A stretch of DNA of 55,345 nucleotides from an uncultured virus (IMG/VR IMGVR_UViG_3300031813_000007) (lineage: Duplodnaviria; Heunggongvirae; Uroviricota; Caudoviricetes), in IMG/VR virus record IMGVR_UViG_3300031813_000007, positions 62,001 to 117,345 of that record; one strand, 5' to 3'. Below are positions 35,801 through 44,626 of this stretch, piece by piece. Numbering within the stretch: the stretch's first letter is position 1; each line of letters begins with the position of its first letter. The translations under genes and the position numbers were made by a program. The notes under the pieces were generated by a model. It ran no database searches, was not told the origin of the DNA, and saw only the letters and a list, made by a program, of their open reading frames with translations.

Positions 35801-37829
35801 GAGTTCCAAACTGATAGATATATTTTGGCTCACCGGGATTTGGCTTCCAAGAGAAATCAAACTTGCTAGCATCAATGTTGTCTGGAACTTCCCAGTACTG
35901 CATATCATTATCAAGAGTTGCAATAACATCTGTAACATACTTGACCTGAGTTGCACCTTCCACTCTATATTCAATAGTCGGCATTACTTCTGCTGGATGC
36001 CACTGATTACCAAACACATAGATATATGGTTCATCAGTTTCATCAGGATGCCATGACCAATCAAAGTCTTTTATTTTCAGATTTCTCAGAATAGTAAAAT
36101 TTTGTTCATTTGGCAAACGAGTTGCCTTGATGATAGATGTATCAATATACTTGACGGGGCTGTTCTTATCGCAACCGGGCGTCATATATGTGGGGCCACC
36201 GGTTTTTTGATGCTGAGTCCCAAATTTATAGATATATGGTTGATCTTCCGCATATGGGTGCCACGAGAAATCAAACGTTGATTCGTCAATAAGTTCATGA
36301 TCATAAACCCAGTTTGTTTTGTCAGGCATTGCTATAGCAACCTGACCCTCTACGTACTGAACTTTTATGGCACCGGGAACGGTGTAGACAGGACCTCCAC
36401 TAAATGCCCATTGAGTACCAAACACGTAAATATAATCAGGGCTAGTAGCATCTGGATGCCAAGAGAAATCAAAACCGTTAACGTCCACGCTTTGAGGGGA
36501 TGTCCAATGCTCCATGCTAGGCAGTCTTTTAACTTTTTGTACATCAACATATTTTCTTTCTGTTGCACCCGGAACAATATACATTGGTCCACCGGTTTTC
36601 TGCCATTGCGTCCCGAACTCATAGATGTAGGGAGGATCGTGTGGATTTGGTTCCCATGAGTAGTCAAAACCCCTATCATCAACGTTATCAGGGATAATCC
36701 AGTTTGTCAAGCTTGGATTACGTGTGGCACGTTCATCCATATATTTGTATTCAGTGGCACCTTCTACCACATATTGAATTGATACCTTGTCTTCTGGCTT
36801 GTTCCATTGATTGCCCCAAGCATATATATACGGCGGGGATGTTGGATCAGGAACCCAGCTATAATCAATACCATATGAGTCTTCCAAGTGTTGAAAATTA
36901 TTGGGCTGAGGCAGCAACTTTGCTGAACTTGGTATATGCTTTTCATCTATTGCACCTTCCATAAGATACCGAATTGTAGGCATCTTTGTGCTATCATACT
37001 GATTGTTACCAAATACATAATTTAGAGTTGGTTCACGTGGATCAGGTCTCCATGAGAAATCAAAACTGTTTATGTCAATAGGATATAATATTTCCCACTT
37101 ATTCCATTCAGGTAGAACCGGAATCTTTTCTGGCATATATTTTTTATCAGTTGCTCCGGGGGCATGATACTCTAACGTGGACTTGAGGGTGCCCTCAATA
37201 TACTTGTTTCCCCATATATAAATGAAGGGAGGGTCCATAGGATCAGGACGCCAAGACATATCAAATCTTGACTTATCAACTTCCTGAACTTCTACCCAAC
37301 AATCATTGGGTAATAGTTCAACAATGTTGTTCATATACTTCACGTTCACAGCACCGGGAACATGATACTCTAAAACAGACTTAATCTGTACGGGGAAGTA
37401 TTTGCATCCCCACTTATAGATATAAGGAGGGTCAGATGGATCAGGGTGCCACGAGAAATCAAACTTGGTATGATCTACGGTGTCAAGTTCAACCCAGCAA
37501 TCGTTGCTAAGGTTTCTGCGTTTTACCGGATCAACATCGGAGCGATATATGATGACATCGCTATGTTCTTTGGGGCAAAGCCAAGTTCCAGAATCCTTTT
37601 GATGTTGGCTTGGCCACACATTATTATGTTCTTCCGCCCACACATCTTCATCGGGAAGGAACTCAAAGTCAAAGTCCCAGTCAAACCCACGATAGTCACA
37701 GAACTCATTAATGATCCAGAAATGTTCAGTCGTTGACTGGCTTCTGGCATCCTCTAATGATTCTGCAAACTTTTCTCTTGGGTGAACGTTTGGTTTTTTA
37801 CCGTAATAAAAAACATCTCTAATTGCCAT
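32892..37829 (-). CDS. giant repeat protein with glycosyltransferase-A-like domains
   Basis: 13 short FDFSWHPD..PYIY.FGTQW repeats plus longer GT-A-like units; last unit LDIVYLSNGE...RVDGVNGRVAAYHAA. Confidence 0.7.
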   Translation of the reverse strand: MAIRDVFYYGKKPNVHPREKFAESLEDARSQSTTEHFWIINEFCDYRGFDWDFDFEFLPDEDVWAEEHNNVWPSQHQKDSGTWLCPKEHSDVIIYRSDVDPVKRRNLSNDCWVELDTVDHTKFDFSWHPDPSDPPYIYKWGCKYFPVQIKSVLEYHVPGAVNVKYMNNIVELLPNDCWVEVQEVDKSRFDMSWRPDPMDPPFIYIWGNKYIEGTLKSTLEYHAPGATDKKYMPEKIPVLPEWNKWEILYPIDINSFDFSWRPDPREPTLNYVFGNNQYDSTKMPTIRYLMEGAIDEKHIPSSAKLLPQPNNFQHLEDSYGIDYSWVPDPTSPPYIYAWGNQWNKPEDKVSIQYVVEGATEYKYMDERATRNPSLTNWIIPDNVDDRGFDYSWEPNPHDPPYIYEFGTQWQKTGGPMYIVPGATERKYVDVQKVKRLPSMEHWTSPQSVDVNGFDFSWHPDATSPDYIYVFGTQWAFSGGPVYTVPGAIKVQYVEGQVAIAMPDKTNWVYDHELIDESTFDFSWHPYAEDQPYIYKFGTQHQKTGGPTYMTPGCDKNSPVKYIDTSIIKATRLPNEQNFTILRNLKIKDFDWSWHPDETDEPYIYVFGNQWHPAEVMPTIEYRVEGATQVKYVTDVIATLDNDMQYWEVPDNIDASKFDFSWKPNPGEPKYIYQFGTQWQKTGGPRYVMPNATEVKYVDDVKAIRHPSMKNWTIPDNVDMEGFDFSWHPDDTAPPYIYQFPTQWALTGGPTYTVPGGVAVKYEECQTAKVLPNRDNWEYNPDEIDVDAFDFSWHPYLDDQPYIYQFGTQWQKTGGPRYIAPGATESSPLKYIDTRIIKAIRKPDKSKWTITDPTVIGDFDYSWHPDDTNDPYIYIFGTQHQKTGGPMYIVPGATDNFYVGNPTAMRLPSKENWVIPDGINVDTFDFSWHPDELSPPYIYQFGTIENPEDGPRYVSPNTNGEIVKMEWLSIDENVVSDYPRYYVKTTLSDLVEEHHGEIFWALNSDLDYTDFDFSWRPTIEQAEYVHAFGSSDSELTQTYLINANMWLKGHREINWVVDEKLDDKTLFKLFKKSDMFYVDKGNPESLARFDELKAKYPNIQKTRYLNSWVDTINRCSNRSTTDLFWVLNSELDYTNFDFEYYPNPWQMKMVHVFGTQWSHWGSTFLVNRETFGEDTKWIKIIEHLSNLNFVKNIRATATQCVHDIVVIDHGNKETEKVVELLKSKASGKHVTTIPYDESYLNTLRNIISRQHQKKEHYLWICSSVCDYSNFDFSYTVDPFARDHLHVFPSGKLKFGDTFFIDVNKTREIIDDMQVLEDYHKVNYNGTIKTNRLPEPIIVTSDDTHVNAIKKVDGFPYATIITEDNASVNVQDVEPMCLWAPENKNIIITSTGATRITVPKEVKDHVKKELYDYPYIKRAPKLAMSRPLDIVYLSNGETGAEENWEHLLQATKNLKNRVVRVDGVNGRVAAYHAAVEASDTPWCFTVFAKLKVSLKFDFNWQPDRMQVPKHYIFHAKNPVNGLIYGHQGLICYNKKLTLANVGNGLDFTLDDEHEVVPLLSGIAQYNTDPFSTWRTAFREVLKLKADDTDISRERLEAWLNKGQGEFSEYSIKGALDADEYYDDVNGEFDKLKLSYEWAWLRERFEQL

Positions 37830-37861
37830 AACAATATTTACTCAACGCCAACCAGTTGTCT

Positions 37862-37954
37862 TTATTTTATATACCTACACGGGTCTTTAGTAGTCTTACC
37901 AAGATACATCAATCCGGTTTTGTTATGGGTTTTCTTGTACAAATAAATAATCAT
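37862..37954 (-). pseudogene. truncated GIY-YIG endonuclease remnant (30 aa)
   Basis: MIIYLYKKTHNKTGLMYLGKTTKDP then stop; preceded by the conserved leader. Confidence 0.7.
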
Positions 37955-38021
37955 ATGCTGATGCTCCTTAATAGCGTTAGAGTGAGTGGGGGCGCAATCC
38001 CGCGACTCACAACTATTTATA
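37943..38021 (-). promoter_or_regulatory. second copy of conserved endonuclease leader
   Basis: TATAAATA, GTGAGT/ACTCAC stem, TCTAACGCTATTAAGGAGCATCAGCATATG. Confidence 0.7.
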
Positions 38022-38022
38022 T

Positions 38023-39513
38023 TTAAGAGCAAACTTTGACACCGTATAGCAACTCGAAACGATCCGCATCGGCGCGACCATTTACCATAGGTTCGCCACG
38101 AATGTTTAATGATGTGTTGAGGAGCATAGGACAACCTGTCTCCTCATACCAACGCTCTAGCAGTCTTCTGATTCCTGATCCATCATTCGGAACGCTCTGA
38201 ACACGGCTAGTCCCGTCAGCATGAACGATAGCAGGGAATAGGTCAGGATGCCTACAAGGAGCGACGACTTGCATATACCTACTGTTATTCCAGCCGTAAG
38301 GCATATCAAAATAGTCAGACAAATGCTCCTCCAAAATGACTGGAGCAAACGGTCTGAACTTTTGTCTGCGCTTGATTTCATTTACTTTGTCCTTAATCTC
38401 TGGTCCTCTAGGATCGGCAAGTAGAGAACGATTCCCCAATGCTCTTGGTCCGAACTCTGCTCTTCCACTTGCTACTCCTACAATCTTGTGTGTATACAAC
38501 TCTTTTACGATATTGTCAACAGGATAATCACCTTTGATTTCATGACCGAGGAATGCATCCTTCCATGCTAATCTTTTACCATATCCAAGAGCGGCTGCAC
38601 CAAGAGAGTTTCCTGCATCACCGGGATTTGGCATGATCCATATGTTATTAAAGAATGCACCAAGTTTACGATTGGCAGAACAGTTCAATGCAACGCCACC
38701 GCCAAACACAAGATTGCGACTCTTCGCAAAGATTCGAGCTTTAATCATGACTGTAGAAATCAACGATTCAGTGAGAACCTGAGTTGATGCTGCAATGTCC
38801 ATCTCATTCGCATCTTTACCCAAATATTCGTCTTGTAATCCTGTGTGAAGATTAACGGCAAAATCTAGGGTTGATCTATCCTCTATCAAATCTTCAAGCT
38901 TGTTAACATGAATTGGATTACCATATGCAGCCATTCCCATAAGGATATACTCTTCATCTAATGGACGCAATCCTACATAGGCAGTCATGGCAGAATACAT
39001 CAATCCTATTGAATCTGGATATTTCTTGCCCCACAGACGTTTATATACTGCTCGTCCATTTTTGTCATATGATGCATCCCATATAGACATAGTATCAAGT
39101 TCACCAATAGCATCAATGATGACTACCGTAGCATTATCATACGGGCTAGTTTGAAATCCAGCAGCAGCATGTGACAGGTGATGGCTGTGAGTACTCAGGG
39201 TAGTAAAATCAAACCGATCATAGATATCATGACCCATGATCTTGGAAATGCTTAGAGGACCAATCGGCTGTTTAGCCTTGAACTGCCTGATAGCTTTTAG
39301 CCACGGCTTTTCATAGTAGTGAAGTTCATACTCACCATTGGTATATTTTAGAGCATCATCCACCAATGCATGACATAGATTGGCATCATGTTTATTCTTA
39401 CTGTAACGCTCACTGTGCCCTGCAAACTTGATTTCACCATGATCATCCACAACAGTTATGGCAGCATCATGGAATCCGCAACTAATACCAATATAGTTCA
39501 TACAACATATCAC
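38023..39513 (-). CDS. carbamoyltransferase (NodU/CmcH family)
   Basis: GFHDAA, ERYS..KHD, HHLSHAA, DAIGE, GGVALN, GDAG, EFGPRALGNRS, RPFAP, LLNTSLN. Confidence 0.95.
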   Translation of the reverse strand: MICCMNYIGISCGFHDAAITVVDDHGEIKFAGHSERYSKNKHDANLCHALVDDALKYTNGEYELHYYEKPWLKAIRQFKAKQPIGPLSISKIMGHDIYDRFDFTTLSTHSHHLSHAAAGFQTSPYDNATVVIIDAIGELDTMSIWDASYDKNGRAVYKRLWGKKYPDSIGLMYSAMTAYVGLRPLDEEYILMGMAAYGNPIHVNKLEDLIEDRSTLDFAVNLHTGLQDEYLGKDANEMDIAASTQVLTESLISTVMIKARIFAKSRNLVFGGGVALNCSANRKLGAFFNNIWIMPNPGDAGNSLGAAALGYGKRLAWKDAFLGHEIKGDYPVDNIVKELYTHKIVGVASGRAEFGPRALGNRSLLADPRGPEIKDKVNEIKRRQKFRPFAPVILEEHLSDYFDMPYGWNNSRYMQVVAPCRHPDLFPAIVHADGTSRVQSVPNDGSGIRRLLERWYEETGCPMLLNTSLNIRGEPMVNGRADADRFELLYGVKVCS

Positions 39514-39553
39514 CCGATAAATATCATATGATATTTAACGAAACATTTATTCA

Positions 39554-40777
39554 ATGAATAAATCCTTATGCCCATATCCTTTTATACATTCACATGTTAG
39601 CGCAACATATGAAAGAAAGCTTTGCTGTGTCGCAAATAGAAGTATAACGGAGTTGCACAAAACTACCGATGAGTACTGGAACTCAGATTATATCAAAAAA
39701 ACTAGACTTGATATGATATCCGGTATTCCAATACCTGACTGCAGCTTTTGTTATGATCATGAAAACAATGGCGTAAAATCACTTAGACAAACTCTTAATG
39801 AACAGTTTCCCATACAGCATTTAGTTGATCAGACCAAAGAAGATGGATCATTGGAAGTTCCGCCATCCTTTTTTGACTATCGTTCCACGACATGTAATCT
39901 GCATTGCACTACCTGTGACCACAATCATAGTTCTAAATATGCAAAAATTTCCAATAAGCTATTGGGTAAAGAAACGATCCATAAAGTTGACATTGCCTAT
40001 GAAAACAGCTTGGGAGAAGAAATCATCACTGGACTGAGGAACAAAACGGTTAATACCATCTATTGGGCAGGCGGCGAACCAATGATAATGAAAATGCATT
40101 GGGATGTGATTGGCGAAATGGAAAAGTTATATGATGATGCCGAATATTGCTCCTACATAAAGAGCATAAAGCTATACTATAACACGAATATGACCAAGTT
40201 ATACTGGAAGGGGCGTCTAATACCAGAAATACTATCCAAGTTTGATGTTACGTTATGGGCCAGTATAGATGGAGTAGAAGAAACGTTTGAGTACTGTAGA
40301 GACGGAGCAAGCTGGGAAACGGTCAAGAACAACTGGCTAATATATAAAAAATACGTTCCAAAGACTTGGGTTACATCCGTTCTATCTGCCCCAGTATTGA
40401 TGGATATAGATCGCTTTCTTAGCTTTTTTGAAGCGACTGATTCCACAACCGACTTTTTCAATCACCAGTATGTGCCAAATGCGTTCTTGAACTTGCTGGA
40501 TATCAGGCAGTACCCATCGGAAATATTCAACGATATCATTGACAATGCCATAGCCAGAGTTGAGAAGTCTCCTTTAGGTGGCAAAGAATACACGCTATCT
40601 ATTCTAAGAAAGTATAAAGCAGAAAACCAACACATTGACTCAGTTGGTTATTCCGAAATAAAAAAACAAATCATTCAAAGAGACAAGTTTCTAATATCCG
40701 GATTATCATTTGAGCAATTACTTGAACAGATTAATCCTGACGCTCACCGATGGTATAAGTCTATAACAGTTGATTAG
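39554..40777 (+). CDS. radical SAM protein with N-terminal twitch/SPASM-like cysteines
   Basis: CPYPF...LCC, CSFC, CNLHCTTC, AGGEP, SIDG. Confidence 0.88.
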   Translation: MNKSLCPYPFIHSHVSATYERKLCCVANRSITELHKTTDEYWNSDYIKKTRLDMISGIPIPDCSFCYDHENNGVKSLRQTLNEQFPIQHLVDQTKEDGSLEVPPSFFDYRSTTCNLHCTTCDHNHSSKYAKISNKLLGKETIHKVDIAYENSLGEEIITGLRNKTVNTIYWAGGEPMIMKMHWDVIGEMEKLYDDAEYCSYIKSIKLYYNTNMTKLYWKGRLIPEILSKFDVTLWASIDGVEETFEYCRDGASWETVKNNWLIYKKYVPKTWVTSVLSAPVLMDIDRFLSFFEATDSTTDFFNHQYVPNAFLNLLDIRQYPSEIFNDIIDNAIARVEKSPLGGKEYTLSILRKYKAENQHIDSVGYSEIKKQIIQRDKFLISGLSFEQLLEQINPDAHRWYKSITVD

Positions 40778-41534
40778 ATAGTTCTATTAACTTTGGATAA
40801 AAATCCTCAAAGACCTTCTTGACTTCATCAGCATTGACAATCTGATCATATGGATCAATTGATAACTGCTTTTCCCTGTAGATACCAAAAGCCTTTTCTC
40901 GCTCAGCATCACTCAGATTATCAGATTTAGCAATCAGAGTATCATACTCCACAGTATCATAAGTGATCATTGAATCAATGATCTTTTTGTGTTGCTGTTC
41001 TATCAGATAACGAGAAACGATGAAAGACTTTAGTTCATCAATATCTACGTTTAGCATCATGGTATTACGATATGTGCTAAAGATAAAACTCTTTTTCGCA
41101 AACATGGCGCTGATTACCTTGTGCTCAAAGCTTCGTTCAACATACAAAAACTTAAACCCAAGATTAGTCAGATAATTTATTCCGTCAGCAAATCCAATTG
41201 ATGCCATTCTGTCATCAAGAAACACTCTGCATGTTAGAGCCTGAGACATATTCGCTTTGGATATGATATCAAGCCGTTCCTTGGCAACGTCTGACATTGT
41301 ATTAAAGGTTGCTGCTGGCTTATTGTAAATCTTTAATTTACCATTTTCCAATGCTATAGTGTGAACTAGGCCAGCCTGAACCGTGAAGATTTCTTGCAGA
41401 GATACCACATCGTTGTATTTATTACTAAGAGAGTAATTAACAAATGCTTCTGTTAACTGCGTTCCTGATCTTGGAACGCCCAAAATCACATAACGGTGAT
41501 GTTCTAAATCCCACGGAAGATTGCTGTTAAACAT
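40761..41534 (-). CDS. sulfotransferase-like protein
   Basis: PAPS-binding-like GVPRSGT, ER...S, VEYD; start reassigned to ATG 41534. Confidence 0.6.
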   Translation of the reverse strand: MFNSNLPWDLEHHRYVILGVPRSGTQLTEAFVNYSLSNKYNDVVSLQEIFTVQAGLVHTIALENGKLKIYNKPAATFNTMSDVAKERLDIISKANMSQALTCRVFLDDRMASIGFADGINYLTNLGFKFLYVERSFEHKVISAMFAKKSFIFSTYRNTMMLNVDIDELKSFIVSRYLIEQQHKKIIDSMITYDTVEYDTLIAKSDNLSDAEREKAFGIYREKQLSIDPYDQIVNADEVKKVFEDFYPKLIELSNQLL

Positions 41535-41538
41535 TCTA

Positions 41539-41643
41539 TTACTTATAGATGAATGGATCGCGCTTGCGAAGTTCCTTGATGCGCTTTTTGTATGCGCGAT
41601 CACGTTTTATATTATTGATAATCTTTTTAATCCACTTGAACAT
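41539..41643 (-). CDS. 34-aa basic peptide ending RDPFIYK (not in ORF track)
   Basis: MFKWIKKIINNIKRDRAYKKRIKELRKRDPFIYK; AAGGA SD. Confidence 0.65.
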   Translation of the reverse strand: MFKWIKKIINNIKRDRAYKKRIKELRKRDPFIYK

Positions 41644-42403
41644 TATTGTTATCCTTTATAAAATTGTACAGTTCTTCAGCATACAGACGATGTGGTTCCT
41701 CACTATGATGCCAGTACTGTGCCTTGTCATTGGTGTATCCCATGTGTCTGTATTTCCAGTAGAATGCTTGACTTTCATCTGTACCAACATTGTAATATCT
41801 GGTCTTGTCTATCTTGTTGACAAGGTAACTGGTAAAATGTTCATTCGGAGCAAACATATGCATGGTGTCACACATGACATAATCAATACCCAAAGACTTT
41901 AAATAATACTGTGTCATTAATACATCAGTGGCTGACCAGTTTTCCAATATCGTTTCATTTTCTGCCATGAACTGATGATATGGAGGAATCATTTCCTTTT
42001 CATCGTCTGTATTACCATGCCATCCAAAGTTTATACGAAAGAAACTATTGCTTGAAGAATCAAACCATGGACTTGCAGAATTTCCCTCATTATAATAACA
42101 TGCTCGTTTTTTTGCTGGAACTTCCATGCGTGTGCTTTCAGTCCATCCTATTATAACAAACACGTCCATTGTATCGGGATTATATTCTTCATGAAACCAA
42201 CTAAGAATGCTACGAGCAATACCAGAATTGGTGGCACCATTCAATGAAATATTAAGTGGACGATAGCCCATTTTCTTAGCTAGTACAGCACCATATGCGT
42301 TGTCACGGTTGTAGTGGCTATCTTCTGTTCCATCAATTTCTGATCCGGCAGAATGGCTACATCCGGATATTAAGGCGATCTTTTCTTTTGGCATATTGGT
42401 CAT
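41627..42403 (-). CDS. SGNH/GDSL hydrolase-like protein
   Basis: GCSHSAG block I, NISLNGATN, IIGWT, HHSEEPH. Confidence 0.7.
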   Translation of the reverse strand: MTNMPKEKIALISGCSHSAGSEIDGTEDSHYNRDNAYGAVLAKKMGYRPLNISLNGATNSGIARSILSWFHEEYNPDTMDVFVIIGWTESTRMEVPAKKRACYYNEGNSASPWFDSSSNSFFRINFGWHGNTDDEKEMIPPYHQFMAENETILENWSATDVLMTQYYLKSLGIDYVMCDTMHMFAPNEHFTSYLVNKIDKTRYYNVGTDESQAFYWKYRHMGYTNDKAQYWHHSEEPHRLYAEELYNFIKDNNNVQVD

Positions 42404-44616
42404 GGTAAATTTGCCGTCTTTCTTCTATTCACTAGTGACTGAAACTCTGTACCATTGTCAACTTTCTTTTCAGGAATCGTGTCTCTTTTATTGGATGATA
42501 CCTCTACGATATAATCTTTCCAGTTGCTCCAATCGCCAGTATTCTTATATTTTAACTCAAATGAGAAATCAATCGTTGCATTGAGAGCCGCTTCTTCGTT
42601 TAATAAATCAGCGAAATCTTGACCTGATCTTCCTTCATCCTTATCCCAATCGGGCTTGGCAAGCTTTCGTGCACGTTTAGCTGTATTAGCCTGAATGCGC
42701 GAATAATCCTGTGCATAAAATGGTCCCTTACGACCCTCAGGAGGCGGTGCACGATCATCAAATGGATTGTCAATCTGATCAAACTTAATGTCAAAGTCTG
42801 CTTCCCATAATCCTTCATCAGTAATCTTGAACTTATAGACAGCATTATACATGCCGGGACCAAACTGTGATCCGAACTCTTTCAAGTCTATTTCAGGATT
42901 AAATCTGACTTCGGCTTCGTATCCACCTCGTGCACGCCACAGGTTTCGGAAGAAAGGCCACATTTCATTAACAAGGGTATTAGCAAAAGGGTTGCTAGGA
43001 TCAACGGGAGGAATAATATTATAATCAAATTTCTCATAGAACATTTCTTTCTGGCAATCAGGGTTATTTAACTTAATATCATAATGATCTTTTGCCAGTG
43101 CATAACGAATAGGATAAGTTATTGGCTCACCGTCTTTACAGTGTGAAATAAAGTCTGCCCATATGTGAATGCACTTGACACGAGTCATGACATGTGTGCC
43201 ACCCTTTGCTAAATCGTTGGATATCCAATGTCCCTGATATTTGTGCCATGATACATTGAACTTGTGGGGATTTTGTCCTACGATAGTTTCTGGTCCTACA
43301 GCAAATCCTACACCAAGACCCATATTACCAATGGCATCACGCATACGCCATTGTAGAGTCATCGTGTCAGAATAATCTTGAAAGTCCTCAGTGCTGAATC
43401 CTACAATCCAGTTAGTATCGCACCCAATACCTACCTTCTTACAGTCAATGAAGTTTTGCTCAATCTCAGCAATGGTAACTCCCTTGTGCATATCATCAAG
43501 AACCTTTTGGCTTCCTGATTCAGTGCCAAAATTAAATCGTAGACATCCACCGTCCGCCAAGTCCTGTAGATATTCCAAATCCATTCTCTCATCATGGCGA
43601 GCATACCCAGTGAACTTTACCTTTAAGTCTTTAGCTTTAAGTGCTAGCGCAAATGCACGAAGTTCTTTTATGTTACCATTAATAAGAGAATCAATAAACC
43701 AAATAACATCTGTGCCCTTATTATAATAGAGCCATTCTATTTCAGTGATTAAATCTACAGCCTGACGTTGACGATATTTCCAGAAATGTGTCTCTTCACA
43801 AAAAGAACACTTGGCAGTACATCCTCGTGATATTTCAGAGTTAATACCATTGGGAAGTTCATAATGACTAAAATCAATACTTTCATAGTCGGGCATTGGA
43901 AGGTTATTAATATTGATACGTTGATTTTCTGGTTGTGATAGGATTTGTGTTTCTGTAGGTCTCCATCCTTCTTCAATCTCATCCAACATTACCAATAGAT
44001 TTTGCTCGCCTTCACCAATAACAACATAGTCATAATATGGCTGAATCTCAAACCATGATTTATGAACGTTTGGTCCACCCACAGCAATAAGAATGTCTGG
44101 CTTACGGCGCTTTAGTTCTTTGCACATCCACTTTGTAGGCTCTTCGGAAATATAGTAGACGCTGAATCCAACAACATCTGGATTCATTGCAATAATATCA
44201 TCTACGGCCTGTGATAGAATAGGTTCCAGAACAGGATGGATGTCGTTCATATATGTTTCACCCAGCCAGTGCCATGATGCACTCGGGTCCCAAAGCCTAA
44301 ATGGAAGTTTATTATTTGGATGCCAATCATTACGATAAGCATTGTATGCCTTGACATTTAAATCCATAATATGAGTTTCATATCCAGCCGCCTTGGCAAT
44401 GCCAGATAGCTTAGCTAGAGAGAATGGAGGCATATATGGCGACCATTCAGGACATAGAACAAGAACCATTTTGGTTTGTCTCGTTTTATAATCCACATAT
44501 ACCGGCGTCAAGTTTTTTTCATTGACGACCGCAGGCTTGGCATATGGCGCAATAGCGTCCATCATAGCCTGATGGCGCAAATCGGATATATCCTGTGTAG
44601 GTCTTTCTCTTGTCAA
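42400..44616 (-). CDS. cobalamin-binding radical SAM protein
   Basis: PPFSLAKL, DVVGFSVY, VGGPN, GEGE; SRGCTAKCSFC; GTESGSQKVLDDMHKG. Confidence 0.9.
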   Translation of the reverse strand: MTRERPTQDISDLRHQAMMDAIAPYAKPAVVNEKNLTPVYVDYKTRQTKMVLVLCPEWSPYMPPFSLAKLSGIAKAAGYETHIMDLNVKAYNAYRNDWHPNNKLPFRLWDPSASWHWLGETYMNDIHPVLEPILSQAVDDIIAMNPDVVGFSVYYISEEPTKWMCKELKRRKPDILIAVGGPNVHKSWFEIQPYYDYVVIGEGEQNLLVMLDEIEEGWRPTETQILSQPENQRININNLPMPDYESIDFSHYELPNGINSEISRGCTAKCSFCEETHFWKYRQRQAVDLITEIEWLYYNKGTDVIWFIDSLINGNIKELRAFALALKAKDLKVKFTGYARHDERMDLEYLQDLADGGCLRFNFGTESGSQKVLDDMHKGVTIAEIEQNFIDCKKVGIGCDTNWIVGFSTEDFQDYSDTMTLQWRMRDAIGNMGLGVGFAVGPETIVGQNPHKFNVSWHKYQGHWISNDLAKGGTHVMTRVKCIHIWADFISHCKDGEPITYPIRYALAKDHYDIKLNNPDCQKEMFYEKFDYNIIPPVDPSNPFANTLVNEMWPFFRNLWRARGGYEAEVRFNPEIDLKEFGSQFGPGMYNAVYKFKITDEGLWEADFDIKFDQIDNPFDDRAPPPEGRKGPFYAQDYSRIQANTAKRARKLAKPDWDKDEGRSGQDFADLLNEEAALNATIDFSFELKYKNTGDWSNWKDYIVEVSSNKRDTIPEKKVDNGTEFQSLVNRRKTANLP

Positions 44617-44626
44617 CTTAGGTTCC

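Noticed and set aside
34900..37500. CRISPR array or DGR template in the repeated DNA
   Set aside because: Repeats are degenerate, in-frame protein repeats with synonymous variation; no constant repeat-spacer pattern, no adenine-specific variation seen and no reverse transcriptase
37955..38134. 90-aa ORF 37862-38134 as a full gene
   Set aside because: Upstream part overlaps the carbamoyltransferase and the leader; only the last 30 codons resemble GIY-YIG and have an SD
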